Positions 40,625 through 51,597 are shown, numbered from the stretch's first letter. The stretch: 64,000 nucleotides of DNA from Campylobacterota bacterium (GCA_051746405.1 JBNJFB010000006.1:8407-72406), one strand, 5' to 3'. Program-made: numbers and translations. The notes: generated from the sequence alone by a model not told the origin.

Positions 40625-41683
40625 TTGGGTACTATTACATTTCTACTTGTCCTATCTTTTTTAGTATTTTTTCATGAGTTAGGTCACTTTTTAGCAGCTA
40701 AATTTTTTGGTGTAAAAGTACAAGTTTTTTCAATTGGTTTTGGAAAATCAATATATTCAAGAGAGTTTAAAGGCACCACTTGGCAATTTGCTATTATCCC
40801 ACTTGGTGGGTATGTGAAAATGAAAGGTCAAGATGACTCAAAACCTGCTTTAAAAGAGGATGGTAATGACTCATATAATACAAAAAAACCATGGCAAAGA
40901 ATTATTATACTTCTTGCAGGTCCCTTTGCAAACTTTATTTTAGCTGCAATACTATATTTTGCTATTGCTATTATGGGTGCTTCAAGTTTAGCACCACAAG
41001 TTGGAAAAGTGTTAGAAGACTCCCCTGCAAAAAAAGCTGGTCTTTTAAAAAATGATGAAATTGTTAAAATCAATAACCAAGAAATTCAAACATGGAGAGA
41101 TATAGGTAAAGTAATTACTAATACACAAGGTGCATTAAACTTCTATATTAAAAGAGATAATAGATATATGATAAAAACCATAAATCCATATATATCAGAC
41201 TCTCAAAATATGTTTAAAGAGAAAATAAAAAAAAGAATGATAGGAATCTCACCATCAGGTGAGATTAAAAAGCTTGATTTAAACTTTGTAGAGTCTGTAC
41301 AGTTTGCTGTTGAGAAAACTATTTTTGCCTCAACTATGATATTTCAAGGGGTACAAAAACTTATTCAAGGTATTATTCCAAGTTCTGAAATTGGTGGAGT
41401 TATTACTATTGGAAAAGTTATCTCTGATGCTAGTGAGTCTAGTATAATTGCTCTTTTAGGTATTACTGCTTTGATATCTGTGAATTTAGGTGTTTTAAAT
41501 CTTCTTCCAATTCCTGCACTTGATGGGGGACATATTATGTTTAATCTTTATGAAATGATTGCAAGAAGAAAACCAAGTGACCAGGTTTTTATGTTTTTAA
41601 CAATTGCAGGTTGGGTTATCTTAGCAAGCTTGATGCTTCTTGGAATTTACAATGATATTAATAGAATCTTTTTAGATGGTTAA
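40625..41683 (+). CDS. rseP: RIP metalloprotease
   Basis: HELGH, PDZ domain and NLLPIPALDGG. Confidence 0.95.
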   Translation: MGTITFLLVLSFLVFFHELGHFLAAKFFGVKVQVFSIGFGKSIYSREFKGTTWQFAIIPLGGYVKMKGQDDSKPALKEDGNDSYNTKKPWQRIIILLAGPFANFILAAILYFAIAIMGASSLAPQVGKVLEDSPAKKAGLLKNDEIVKINNQEIQTWRDIGKVITNTQGALNFYIKRDNRYMIKTINPYISDSQNMFKEKIKKRMIGISPSGEIKKLDLNFVESVQFAVEKTIFASTMIFQGVQKLIQGIIPSSEIGGVITIGKVISDASESSIIALLGITALISVNLGVLNLLPIPALDGGHIMFNLYEMIARRKPSDQVFMFLTIAGWVILASLMLLGIYNDINRIFLDG

Positions 41684-41694
41684 AGGAAATAAAA

Positions 41695-42375
41695 ATGGAT
41701 AAAATAACTGCAACAAAAAATCTTGATAATGTTATTACAAAAGTTGAAGGTGCAAGATTAAGAGTATCCCATCATCATATAGTAAAAATCATAGGTATTA
41801 GTAAATACTCTAGCTTTGAAGATGTAGAAACACTATATGAAGCAGGTCAAAGAGCCTTTGGGGAAAACAAGGTGCAAGACTTAAAAGACAAAAGCAAAAA
41901 ACTTGAAGAACTACCAATTGAGTGGCACTTTGTAGGAAGATTACAAAAAAATAAAATAAATAATTTAATAGATTTAAACCCCTCATTAGTCCAATCAATT
42001 GACTCATTAGAGTTAGCTCAAGAGTTTAATAAAAAGCTTGAAGCAAAAGATAAAAAAATCAATGCCCTACTTCAAATAAACTCTGCAAAAGAAGATAGTA
42101 AAGCAGGAGTTATGCCAGAGGATGCAGTTGCTATTTATAAAGAGATTTTAAATACATGTCCTAGATTAAAACTTAAAGGTGTTATGAGTATTGGTGCTCA
42201 TGTTGAAGATGAAAAGATTATAAAAGAGTCTTTTAAAACTACTAAAAAAATCTATGACCAGCTAATTCCTCTTGGTGCAAAATATTGTTCTATGGGAATG
42301 AGTTCAGATTATGAACTTGCAATTTCATGTGGTTCAAATATGATTAGAGTTGGGTCCACCCTATTTAGAAAATAA
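41695..42375 (+). CDS. yggS: pyridoxal phosphate homeostasis protein
   Basis: FGENKVQ, WHFVGRLQKNK, SMGMS.D and RVGS. Confidence 0.95.
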   Translation: MDKITATKNLDNVITKVEGARLRVSHHHIVKIIGISKYSSFEDVETLYEAGQRAFGENKVQDLKDKSKKLEELPIEWHFVGRLQKNKINNLIDLNPSLVQSIDSLELAQEFNKKLEAKDKKINALLQINSAKEDSKAGVMPEDAVAIYKEILNTCPRLKLKGVMSIGAHVEDEKIIKESFKTTKKIYDQLIPLGAKYCSMGMSSDYELAISCGSNMIRVGSTLFRK

Positions 42376-42385
42376 AAGATATAAA

Positions 42386-43120
42386 ATGTCAAAAAAGATA
42401 TATCTAGTTGGTGCAGGACCAGGTGAACTGGATTTACTAACCCTAAAAGCTATCAAACTTATAGAAAAAGCAGATGTTATTTTATATGATGCATTAGTTA
42501 ATAAAGAGGTTTTTCAATTTTGCAACAAACAGTGTCTTAAAATAAATGTTGGAAAAAGAAAAGGCAAACACCTAAAGCAACAAAGTGAAATAAATAGACT
42601 TTTAGTTCAATATGCAAAAACACATAAAACCGTAGTAAGACTTAAAGGTGGAACTCCCTTTGTATTTGGACGGGGTTATGAAGAAGTTAGAGCTATAAAG
42701 GAAGCTGGCTTTGATGTGGAAATAGTTTCAGGGGTTAGCTCAACTACTTCTGTACCAGAGAGTTTTATGCTTCCTTTAGTAGATAGAAAATTCAATGATT
42801 CATATAGAACTATTACAGGGCATGATATAGATGTTTTTAGTGATATAATCAAATCATACCATGAAAGGGAAAATTTAATTATTACTATGGGTATTTACAA
42901 TATTAAAAATATTGTTTCATACCTTTTATCAATAGATTTTCCTAAAGAGTTGCCATTAGCTATACTTAGCAAAGGAACCACAATAGAATCAACCAAAAAA
43001 ACATTTACCCTTGAAGAGATAAACAATAAAAATGAAATATTTTTTGAAGATTTAAAAAAACTAACCCCTGCAATACTTTTTATTGGAAGAGCGATTAATG
43101 CTATGGAAGAAATTCAGTAG
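42386..43120 (+). CDS. cobA: uroporphyrinogen-III C-methyltransferase
   Basis: LVGAGPG, VRLKGGTPFVFGRG and GVSS. Confidence 0.88.
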   Translation: MSKKIYLVGAGPGELDLLTLKAIKLIEKADVILYDALVNKEVFQFCNKQCLKINVGKRKGKHLKQQSEINRLLVQYAKTHKTVVRLKGGTPFVFGRGYEEVRAIKEAGFDVEIVSGVSSTTSVPESFMLPLVDRKFNDSYRTITGHDIDVFSDIIKSYHERENLIITMGIYNIKNIVSYLLSIDFPKELPLAILSKGTTIESTKKTFTLEEINNKNEIFFEDLKKLTPAILFIGRAINAMEEIQ

Positions 43121-43158
43121 TATTATAATAAATTAAATAAAAACTTTTTTTACTTTTA

Positions 43159-43473
43159 TTATCCTAAATCAAAGGGAGTAAAGGTTTGTTGTAACTCAAT
43201 GCTTGTAAATCTTTCATTCTCTTCTTCTAATATTTTTTTAACTTTTATTTCTATTGCATTAAGAAGAAATGTCTTATCATTGATTTTATCTGGAATATCA
43301 GCCTGAATTTCTAATGCTTTTTCTTTAATAAATTCTAACTCTTCATTTTCTAAATTTGAACGAACCTTTGCTGCTAAAATATCTTTAATACACTCCTTAT
43401 CATAACCACATTGTTCTATATTTGCACCAATTTTTTCTGCTTTTTGTTTGAGGATATCTAAATAAGAGTTCAT
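43159..43473 (-). CDS. hypothetical protein
   Basis: 104-aa ORF with an AAGGA RBS; no recognised motif. Confidence 0.6.
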   Translation of the reverse strand: MNSYLDILKQKAEKIGANIEQCGYDKECIKDILAAKVRSNLENEELEFIKEKALEIQADIPDKINDKTFLLNAIEIKVKKILEEENERFTSIELQQTFTPFDLG

Positions 43474-43646
43474 AAAAATCCTTTATATTTCTTATTATTA
43501 AACTAAACTAAGTGTCTGCCAAAATACTATAAATATTATGATACTATTTAGGAGCTAAAAATCAAAATAATTAACACACTATTCATAGCACGTATGATAA
43601 AATTATTTATATTTATAAATAGACAAAAAAATTTAAGGAATATTTT

Positions 43647-44570
43647 ATGAAAGATATTTTTCTTTTAGATGGTGGAGTTGGTCAAGAAGTATATAAAAGA
43701 GGTGGGAAACCTTCTAGTCCAATGTGGTCAGCTAAAGTAATGATGAATAATCCTGAAATAGTAAAAGAAGTTCATCAGGATTTTATTAAAGCTGGGGCTA
43801 CTATTATTAAAACTAATAACTACACTTGCACACCATCTAGATTAAAAAGAGATAGTCAAATTGAACTATTTGAACAACTACAACTTCAAGCTTTAGAAAT
43901 AGCTAAAAATGCAAGATCAGAACTTGGATTAAGTGCGAAGAAGGTATCTATTGCAGGATGTTTACCACCATTGATTGGAAGTTATACTGTAGATAAGCGT
44001 GCTTTTTCTGACTTGAAAAGTGAGTATGAACAGTTAGTAGCTATTCAAATGAAAGATGTAGATTTATTTCTTATTGAGACTATCTCAAGTATTAAAGAAG
44101 CAAAAGCTGCAACTGAGGCAGCTTTACAAGGTAAAAAACCTGTATGGCTTAGTTTGAGCCTATCAGACGAAAATCCTAAACTACTACGATCTAAAGAAAC
44201 AATTAAAGAAGCACTTAAATCTCTAGAAAAGTATCCATTAGATGCGCTACTTTTTAACTGCTCTTTTCCTGAAACTATAGACCAAGGTATATTTTCACTA
44301 AAAGGTTTAGATTTAAACTATGGAGGTTATGCAAATGCCTTCACTTCTATAAATGCCCTCAAACCAGGAGGAACTGCTAATTTACTTTCAGCAAGATTAG
44401 ATATAGATGAAAAGAAGTATGCCTCACATGTAATGCAATGGATTGAAAAGGGAGCAAATATTGTTGGTGGCTGTTGTGAAGTGGGTCCTTCATACATAAG
44501 TCATATTTATAAACAATTAGAAATTAAAAATCATAATGTAATTTCCCTAAACAAAACAGTTGAAAATTAG
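43647..44570 (+). CDS. homocysteine S-methyltransferase family protein
   Basis: LLDGG, AGA, ETI, and zinc ligands in NC and GGCC. Confidence 0.88.
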   Translation: MKDIFLLDGGVGQEVYKRGGKPSSPMWSAKVMMNNPEIVKEVHQDFIKAGATIIKTNNYTCTPSRLKRDSQIELFEQLQLQALEIAKNARSELGLSAKKVSIAGCLPPLIGSYTVDKRAFSDLKSEYEQLVAIQMKDVDLFLIETISSIKEAKAATEAALQGKKPVWLSLSLSDENPKLLRSKETIKEALKSLEKYPLDALLFNCSFPETIDQGIFSLKGLDLNYGGYANAFTSINALKPGGTANLLSARLDIDEKKYASHVMQWIEKGANIVGGCCEVGPSYISHIYKQLEIKNHNVISLNKTVEN

Positions 44571-44641
44571 TTTTATACATAATTTGATATGATAATTATT
44601 TTAAATATTATCATATCATCAAAGTTAAACTTACTAATTAC

Positions 44642-44672
44642 ATCCCATTAGATAAAGACCAATGGGATTTTT
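44642..44672 (+). terminator. possible terminator between convergent methyltransferase and trpC
   Basis: ATCCCATT-N11-AATGGGAT followed by TTTT. Confidence 0.5.
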
Positions 44673-44683
44673 AGGAGTTTTTT

Positions 44684-45466
44684 TTAATTTTTAAACTTTT
44701 TAAGCTCATCTTCAATAGATGGAACTCTCATAAAGTGCTCTCCTATTAAAAATGCATCAGCCCCTACTTTGCTTAATCTACTTATAGTTTGCGTATTTGA
44801 TACACCTGATTCTGCTACTATAATTTTTCCATTTGGAATCATAGGAATTAACTTATCGCAAAGCTGCATATCCATTTCAAATGTATCTAAGTTTCTATGA
44901 TTTATTCCAATTATAGTTGCACCACATTTTATAGCCTTTGTTAAATCCTCTTTATCATGAATCTCAACAAGCACTTCAAGTCCTAAATATAAAGCATAGT
45001 CATATAACTCTTTTAAATCTTTTGTACTTAATGCTTTTGCAATTAAAAGTATAAAATCAGCTCCATAAACTAAAGCTTCAACTATTTGATACTTATCAAC
45101 TATAAAATCTTTTCTTAAAAGTGGTGTTGGCACATATCTTCTAATTGCTGCTAAATACTCTAAATCACCTTGAAAATAGTGAGGTTCAGTTAATACTGAA
45201 ATTGCATTTGCACCACTATTACTATACTCTTGTGCAATAGCAATTGGGTCGAAATCCTCTTTTATTACACCCTTTGAAGGACTTGCTTTTTTAACTTCTG
45301 CAATTATTCTTATTGGTTCTTCTTTTGTTGATGTTAAATATGGTTTAACATCCCTTGGCGAAAAAGGGTTAGAAGCTAATGTTCTACCTAATAAATCCAA
45401 AGGTAAATCTTTTTTTCTTTTTTCTAAATCAACTTTTGTTTTGTCTATAATTTCATCTAAAATCAC
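44684..45466 (-). CDS. trpC: indole-3-glycerol phosphate synthase
   Basis: [29 protein letters not shown] and AESG. Confidence 0.96.
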   Translation of the reverse strand: MILDEIIDKTKVDLEKRKKDLPLDLLGRTLASNPFSPRDVKPYLTSTKEEPIRIIAEVKKASPSKGVIKEDFDPIAIAQEYSNSGANAISVLTEPHYFQGDLEYLAAIRRYVPTPLLRKDFIVDKYQIVEALVYGADFILLIAKALSTKDLKELYDYALYLGLEVLVEIHDKEDLTKAIKCGATIIGINHRNLDTFEMDMQLCDKLIPMIPNGKIIVAESGVSNTQTISRLSKVGADAFLIGEHFMRVPSIEDELKKFKN

Positions 45467-46779
45467 TTATTACACTCCTTAATTTTATCCCAGTGATGCT
45501 TTATCTCTTCATCATCTAAACCTGCTTGGTTTACAACATATTTCATATTTTCAAATGCACTTGTACAGTTGTTAGTTTTGTATTCACCCCATGCTAAGGT
45601 ATCAATAAATGCAAGATTATTAGGGTCTTGCTTTAAAGCTTTTTTTACTAATTCAAGTCCCTGTTTTATATTTATATCATAATCTATCAATAAATAAGCA
45701 AGGTAGTTTTGATAAGTAGGATTATTATTATTTGCCAAAACTTTTTCAAACTTTCTTACCACATCAAAAAGCACTTCACTTTTATCTATTGATGTCTCAA
45801 ACTCCAACATTGCTATTTGAGCTAAATACTCTAAACTATTGCTATTTTTATAGAGTTTTTTTAATAGACTCAATGCTTTTTTAGGTTCATTTGCCCTTTG
45901 ATATAAAAAAACTAATACCTCATCATCTTTTTCATTCTCTTCAAAAAAATCAATTGCACTATTTACATCTTCACTTACTAGATATTGAGCAAGTAAATTT
46001 TTTAAAGCATTAACATTCATATCATCTTTATATTTTATATAAATATTTTTTAGTAGCTTTATGGCTTTTTGTTTATTTTTGTCTTTTCTATAAAACTCTA
46101 AAAGCTCAACACTTACTTTATAGTTATATCCATTTTTTAAAATATAGTTTTCTAATATCTCTTTTGCATCATCTTTTTTATTTAAATAGTAGTATTTTAT
46201 ATTTGAAATGGTGACTAAATTTTGTAGCTTTTTATTTAACTTATAAGCTTTTTCAAAAAAAGCTACAGCTCTTTTGTACTCTTTTTTTTGTACAAAAACT
46301 GTTCCTAATAACTCATAATTGATCCCTTTTTTATATCTGTTTGCTAAGTCTTTAGCTATTTTTAAAGCTTGATTATAGTTTTTAAGCTTTATCATACTTA
46401 GTACATAAAATCTTTTAATCTCTTCACTTTGTTCAATATTTAAGTTAAAACTATTAGGTGCATACTTCTGTATTGTTTCATAATCACTTAAAAGAAATGA
46501 AAGGGATAAAAATTTCAAAAAATACTCATACTTATTTGTCTCTTTAAAAAGTTTATAATACAAAGACCTGGCTTTTGAAAACTTTTTTTGCCTTTCATAC
46601 TCAAGTGCAAATATAATATACTGATTCTCTAATAGATATTTATTGTGCTTAATTTCATCAAATATTTGTTTTTTTTCAGAACTGTTTTTATTACTATTTG
46701 TATCTATATTTTTGCTAGAACAGCCAAGAAGAAAAACAAATAAAAATAGAACAGTTAGATATTTTTTATAGCGGGACAC
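45463..46779 (-). CDS. TPR-repeat lipoprotein
   Basis: LLGC lipobox and C-terminal TPR motif NYLAYLLID...DTLAWGEYK. Confidence 0.8.
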   Translation of the reverse strand: MSRYKKYLTVLFLFVFLLGCSSKNIDTNSNKNSSEKKQIFDEIKHNKYLLENQYIIFALEYERQKKFSKARSLYYKLFKETNKYEYFLKFLSLSFLLSDYETIQKYAPNSFNLNIEQSEEIKRFYVLSMIKLKNYNQALKIAKDLANRYKKGINYELLGTVFVQKKEYKRAVAFFEKAYKLNKKLQNLVTISNIKYYYLNKKDDAKEILENYILKNGYNYKVSVELLEFYRKDKNKQKAIKLLKNIYIKYKDDMNVNALKNLLAQYLVSEDVNSAIDFFEENEKDDEVLVFLYQRANEPKKALSLLKKLYKNSNSLEYLAQIAMLEFETSIDKSEVLFDVVRKFEKVLANNNNPTYQNYLAYLLIDYDINIKQGLELVKKALKQDPNNLAFIDTLAWGEYKTNNCTSAFENMKYVVNQAGLDDEEIKHHWDKIKECNK

Positions 46780-47138
46780 TCTTTTATTACCTCTTTTTTA
46801 TTAGATTTAAAATATTCCCAAAAAGGAAATGTTTTACACTGTTTTGGTCTAAAATTATAAATTGTACAACACTTATTATTTAAATCAAAGAAAATACATG
46901 CATAATTTTTTATATCTATCTGTTTTTCAGCTAATGAGTATTTAAACCCTACTTTTTTTAAATATTTTTGTGAAAAGTCAAAGTGATTTAACTCTAAATA
47001 ACTAGCTAATAATTCAATCTCTTTTTTATTAATCCAAATATTGCCACTCTTTCCTATACAACAGTTACCATCACAACTACTACAAATAGATGGTTCAAAC
47101 TTAAAATCAAAACCCTCTTTAGTTAGATATTTTTTCAT
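46755..47138 (-). CDS. YkgJ-family cysteine cluster protein
   Basis: CSSCDGNCC, CIFFD and CTIY..RPKQCKTFPFW. Confidence 0.88.
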   Translation of the reverse strand: MKKYLTKEGFDFKFEPSICSSCDGNCCIGKSGNIWINKKEIELLASYLELNHFDFSQKYLKKVGFKYSLAEKQIDIKNYACIFFDLNNKCCTIYNFRPKQCKTFPFWEYFKSNKKEVIKECPAIKNI

Positions 47139-47844
47139 GGTCAACCTTTAGACTATGTGTTGATGTTCTTTTATAAATATCTTTGACCTCTAGTGTAAAC
47201 TCACCATTATCAAAAACAGTAAGTGGACTCATAACTTTCATAAGTGATTTGGAGTTTTTTCTAGCATAAATTAAGACTAATGTTGCATCCTTTGAACTAT
47301 TTGGATGAACAAACTGTATTGATTCTATATTTAACTTTGCTTTTTTTAGATATACAACTATTTCAGGAAACTGTTTAGAATCGTAACAAAAAAAGAACTT
47401 ACCCTTATTTGTTAATACTTTTGATACCTTTTCTATAAAATACTCTAAAGGCAAAGAGTCAGTATACCTAGCAATTTTTTTATTTTCATTTTCACTTTTA
47501 ATTACATTATTATGATAAAAAGGTGGATTTGAAACACACATATCAAACTTTTTTTCAAAGTCAATATCTAAAAGTGAGCCTTTATACATTTTTGATTTTA
47601 TACCATTTATAAATGAGTTTTTTTGTGAGAAAAATTGAAACACATTCTGTATTTCATTTTGATTTAAAAAGAGTCTTTCATATTTCCTTGAAACTAGTAA
47701 ACCAAGTATGCCACTACCACTTCCTATATCCAAAAGCTCACCATTTATATTTTTGTATTTTTTTAGATTTTTACAAATAAACTCATATAAAAAATGTGTG
47801 TCACTATTGTAGCAATAGCCCTTTTGTGGTTGATATAAAAGCAA
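47119..47844 (-). CDS. tRNA1(Val) A37 N6-methyltransferase-like SAM methyltransferase
   Basis: LDIGSGSG, SNPPFY and IARY. Confidence 0.8.
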   Translation of the reverse strand: MLLYQPQKGYCYNSDTHFLYEFICKNLKKYKNINGELLDIGSGSGILGLLVSRKYERLFLNQNEIQNVFQFFSQKNSFINGIKSKMYKGSLLDIDFEKKFDMCVSNPPFYHNNVIKSENENKKIARYTDSLPLEYFIEKVSKVLTNKGKFFFCYDSKQFPEIVVYLKKAKLNIESIQFVHPNSSKDATLVLIYARKNSKSLMKVMSPLTVFDNGEFTLEVKDIYKRTSTHSLKVDHEKISN

Positions 47845-48137
47845 TCTTTTCCTTTAAGTTTTTAATATTATATCAAATTAAATATATATACTTTTTTAAA
47901 CTATAGTTAATAATAGCTTTATATGAACTATTATGAATAAAATTTAAGCTTTAATATAGCTTGCTATTTGAAATATATCCTTAAAAAAAATCTTGTATCA
48001 AAATGTAACAATAGTCAAATTATAAACTCTTAAACAGCTTTTTAATTAATTATTGAATATTAGATAGGTTATCATTCATAAATAATATTTGAGATTCCAA
48101 TCAACTATTGATATAAGTAAAAATATAAGGAGAAATT

Positions 48138-48455
48138 ATGTCTACTATGGAAGCTCCTGCAAATACTCCTGTTTGGGTAAATGAAGATAGGTGTAAAGCA
48201 TGTGATAAGTGTGTTTCTGTTTGTCCAGCTGGTGTACTTGCAATGAGACAAGAGGTGACTTCAACTTTAGGTTCAATGATTAAAGTTGTTCATCCAGAAT
48301 CATGCATAGGATGTACTGACTGTGAGTTAGCATGTCCAGATTTTGCAATTTATGTTGCAGATAGAAAACAGTTCAAATTTGCTAAATTAACTGATGAAGC
48401 AAAAGAGAGAAAAGAAGCTGTTGTAAGAAATAATTTTAGAGAATTAGAGGCTTAA
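48138..48455 (+). CDS. oorD: 2-oxoglutarate:acceptor oxidoreductase, delta (ferredoxin) subunit
   Basis: Two CxxCxxCxxxCP motifs; first gene of the oor cluster. Confidence 0.92.
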   Translation: MSTMEAPANTPVWVNEDRCKACDKCVSVCPAGVLAMRQEVTSTLGSMIKVVHPESCIGCTDCELACPDFAIYVADRKQFKFAKLTDEAKERKEAVVRNNFRELEA

Positions 48456-48464
48456 GGAGAATTA

Positions 48465-49595
48465 ATGGCGAGAGAAGTTATAGCAACCGGTAATGAATTA
48501 GTAGCAAAAGCTGCTTTAGACTCAGATTTAGAGTTTTTTGGTGGATATCCTATTACTCCTTCAAGTGAAATAATGCATATTTTATCTTCTGCTTTACCTG
48601 CAAAAGGAAGTGCATGTATTCAAATGGAAGATGAAATATCTGGTATATGTACAGCACTAGGTGCAGCAATGTCAGGTAAAAGATCAATGACAGCTTCATC
48701 AGGACCTGGTATATCTTTAAAAGCAGAAAACTTAGGTGTAGGTTATATTTCAGAGGTACCTTTAGTAGTAATCAATGTAATGAGAGGTGGACCATCAACA
48801 GGTCTTCCAACAAGAGTTGCTCAAGGGGATTTACTTCAAGCAAAAAATCCAACTCATGGTGATGTTAAATCAATTACATTAGTTCCAGGTAACCTTAAAG
48901 AGTGTTATACAGAAACAGTAAGAGCATTTAACTTAGCAGATAGATTTATGCAGCCTGTATTTGTTTTATTAGATGAAACAATTGGTCATATGAGTGGTAA
49001 AGCATCAGTTCCTGATTTAGATGAAGTAGTAGATCAAAGAGTATCTAGAAAGAAATTCGAAGGTGATCCAAAAGATTATAAACCTTATGGAGTAAAGCAA
49101 GATGAGCCAGCTGTATTAAACCCAATGTTTGAGGGTTATAGATACCACTTCACAGGTTTACATCATGGACCAACAGGCCACCCAACAGAAGATGCAAAAG
49201 TTTGTGGTGATTTAATGGAGAGGCTATTTAAAAAAGTTGATGACCATATGGATGAAATTGAGTTAAATGAAGAGTATCTACTTGATGATGCGGATATTAT
49301 GATTATTGCTTATGGTTCAGTTTCATTAGGTGCAACTGAAGCAGTAAATAGATTAAGAGACCAAGGTATAAAAGTAGGTATGTTTAGACCTAAAACAATT
49401 TGGCCTAGTCCAGCAAAAAGAATAAAAGAATTAATGACAAAATTTGATAAAGTATTAGTAGCAGAATTAAATATGGGTCAGTTTGCTGATGAAGTGCAAA
49501 GAGTGTCTGGAAGAGATGACTTTGATACTTTATTTAAAGTAAATGGAAGACCATTATCACCTATTGAGATTATTGAAAAAGTGAAAGGAATGTAA
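48465..49595 (+). CDS. oorA: 2-oxoglutarate:acceptor oxidoreductase, alpha subunit
   Basis: GYPITPSSE, QMEDE and RGGPSTGLPT. Confidence 0.94.
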   Translation: MAREVIATGNELVAKAALDSDLEFFGGYPITPSSEIMHILSSALPAKGSACIQMEDEISGICTALGAAMSGKRSMTASSGPGISLKAENLGVGYISEVPLVVINVMRGGPSTGLPTRVAQGDLLQAKNPTHGDVKSITLVPGNLKECYTETVRAFNLADRFMQPVFVLLDETIGHMSGKASVPDLDEVVDQRVSRKKFEGDPKDYKPYGVKQDEPAVLNPMFEGYRYHFTGLHHGPTGHPTEDAKVCGDLMERLFKKVDDHMDEIELNEEYLLDDADIMIIAYGSVSLGATEAVNRLRDQGIKVGMFRPKTIWPSPAKRIKELMTKFDKVLVAELNMGQFADEVQRVSGRDDFDTLFKVNGRPLSPIEIIEKVKGM

Positions 49596-49597
49596 TC

Positions 49598-50431
49598 ATG
49601 GCATTTAATTATGATGAATATTTAAGAACAGACAAAATGCCAACACTATGGTGTTGGGGATGTGGTGATGGAGTTATTTTAAAATCTGTAATTAGAGCCA
49701 TTGAAAAAGTTGGATGGAATATGGACGACGTTTGTGTTGTTTCAGGTATTGGATGTTCAGGAAGATTCTCTTCATACATCAACTGTAACACAGTACATAC
49801 AACACACGGTAGAACATTAGCTTATGCTACAGGTGTAAAATTAGCTAATCCAGACAAAAAAGTAATTGTTGTTGGTGGTGATGGTGATGGACTTGCTATT
49901 GGTGGTAACCATACAATTCATGCATCAAGAAGAAATATTGATTTAAACTATATTATTATCAATAACTTTATTTATGGATTAACAAACTCTCAAACTTCTC
50001 CAACAACTCCACAGGGTATGTGGACAGTTACTATGAGTAGAGGAAATATTGACCCAACATTTGATGCTTGTAAGTTAGTAGAAGCAGCAGGTGCATCATT
50101 TATTGCAAGAGAGACTATGTTAGATCCTAAGAAACTTGAAAGAGTTTTAGTTAAAGGTTTCCAACATACAGGGTTCTCATTTTTTGAAGTATTCTCTAAC
50201 TGTCACGTTAACTTAGGAAGAAAAAATAAAATGGCAACTGCAATGGCAAACTTAGATTGGATAAACTCAATATCTATTGCAAAAGCTAAATTTGATAAAC
50301 TAGAGCCACAAGAGCAAGAGGGTGTATTCCCAACAGGCGTTTTAAAACACGATAAAGATGCTCAAGAGTATTGTGAAGCTTACGAAAAAGTAAAAGAAGC
50401 TCACAAAAACAAAACAGCAGTACAACTATAA
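49598..50431 (+). CDS. oorB: 2-oxoglutarate:acceptor oxidoreductase, beta subunit
   Basis: WCWGCG, GIGCS and GDGD..N TPP motif. Confidence 0.94.
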   Translation: MAFNYDEYLRTDKMPTLWCWGCGDGVILKSVIRAIEKVGWNMDDVCVVSGIGCSGRFSSYINCNTVHTTHGRTLAYATGVKLANPDKKVIVVGGDGDGLAIGGNHTIHASRRNIDLNYIIINNFIYGLTNSQTSPTTPQGMWTVTMSRGNIDPTFDACKLVEAAGASFIARETMLDPKKLERVLVKGFQHTGFSFFEVFSNCHVNLGRKNKMATAMANLDWINSISIAKAKFDKLEPQEQEGVFPTGVLKHDKDAQEYCEAYEKVKEAHKNKTAVQL

Positions 50432-50442
50432 GGAGAAACATC

Positions 50443-51012
50443 ATGGCTAAAACTTTAATGAGATTTACAGGAGTTGGTGGACAAGGTGTTCTTCTTGCAG
50501 GTGCAATTTTTGCAGCTGCTAAAATCAATGTTGGTGGTTATGGTTTAAAAACAGCTACTTATACATCTCAAGTTAGAGGTGGACCAACTGTTGTTGATAT
50601 TACATTACAAGATGAAGAGATTTTATACCCTTATGCAAATGAAGGTGAAATTGATTTCATGTTATCTGTTGCACAGGTTTCTTACAACCAATTTAAAAGT
50701 GGTGTAAAACCAGGTGGAATAATTGTAGTAGAACCAAACTTAGTTTCACCAAGTGATGAAGATAGAAAAAAATGGAATATTATTGAAATTCCAATTATTT
50801 CTATTGCAAAAGAGCAAGTGGGAAATGTAATTACACAATCAGTAATTGCTTTATCTATTGCTAACTACTTTACAAATGAAACTATAAAAAATGAAGATTT
50901 AAGAAAGACTATGCTTTCAAAAGTACCAGCAAAAGTACATGAAATAAACAATAAAGCTTTTGATTTAGGTCTAAAATACGCTAAAGAAGCAGAAGCAGCA
51001 CAAGCATCTTAA
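50443..51012 (+). CDS. oorC: 2-oxoglutarate:acceptor oxidoreductase, gamma subunit
   Basis: GVGGQG, YTSQVRGG and NNKAFDLG. Confidence 0.94.
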   Translation: MAKTLMRFTGVGGQGVLLAGAIFAAAKINVGGYGLKTATYTSQVRGGPTVVDITLQDEEILYPYANEGEIDFMLSVAQVSYNQFKSGVKPGGIIVVEPNLVSPSDEDRKKWNIIEIPIISIAKEQVGNVITQSVIALSIANYFTNETIKNEDLRKTMLSKVPAKVHEINNKAFDLGLKYAKEAEAAQAS

Positions 51013-51021
51013 TAATATATT

Positions 51022-51047
51022 AAAAGAGAGTTTTTAACTCTCTTTTT
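51022..51047. terminator. bidirectional intrinsic terminator after oorC
   Basis: AAAAGAGAGTT-TTT-AACTCTCTTTT hairpin between convergent genes. Confidence 0.75.
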
Positions 51048-51052
51048 GTTTT

Positions 51053-51595
51053 TTATTTTATATAGTTTTTATAACTCTGTATTTTCTCTTCTAATCTTAT
51101 TGATAAATGTATATTTGAATTTTTTAAACATGATAAAATAAACTTAGACTCATTATAGTATGCAACTATTTTTTCATTACTCCAATCTTTAGGAGGTTTT
51201 GCTAAATTTGAAACTCTATCTGCTAATTTTACCATTTGTACTTCATAAGGCTCGTTCATTAGTTTTTCTATACTATCTTGCATCTGTTCTTTTTTTGTTG
51301 GTAGTGAAGGATTTTTAGATAAAGCTTCAACACCATTTGCAATATTTGGTGAAAAATCAGTATATAAATCATCATATGTAACATCCGTATCTTCAATAGT
51401 ATCATGAAGTAGTGCACAAGAAATAGCAAGATTTGATTTATCTTCATCCAAGTTTGTTTTTTCACAAGCGTTTATAACTTCCATAGCTACACTTACAACA
51501 TGCGTTAAGTATGGTAGTCCCTTTGGTGTTTTTTGTTCACCATGAGCTTTTGCTGCATATTTTAATGCTTTTAAATATACCTCTTGAGAAAACAT
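51053..51595 (-). CDS. stand-alone RelA/SpoT-type HD hydrolase (Mesh1/SAH-like)
   Basis: AHGEQ, PYLTH, LLHDTIEDT and VKLADR..NL. Confidence 0.8.
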   Translation of the reverse strand: MFSQEVYLKALKYAAKAHGEQKTPKGLPYLTHVVSVAMEVINACEKTNLDEDKSNLAISCALLHDTIEDTDVTYDDLYTDFSPNIANGVEALSKNPSLPTKKEQMQDSIEKLMNEPYEVQMVKLADRVSNLAKPPKDWSNEKIVAYYNESKFILSCLKNSNIHLSIRLEEKIQSYKNYIK

Positions 51596-51597
51596 AA

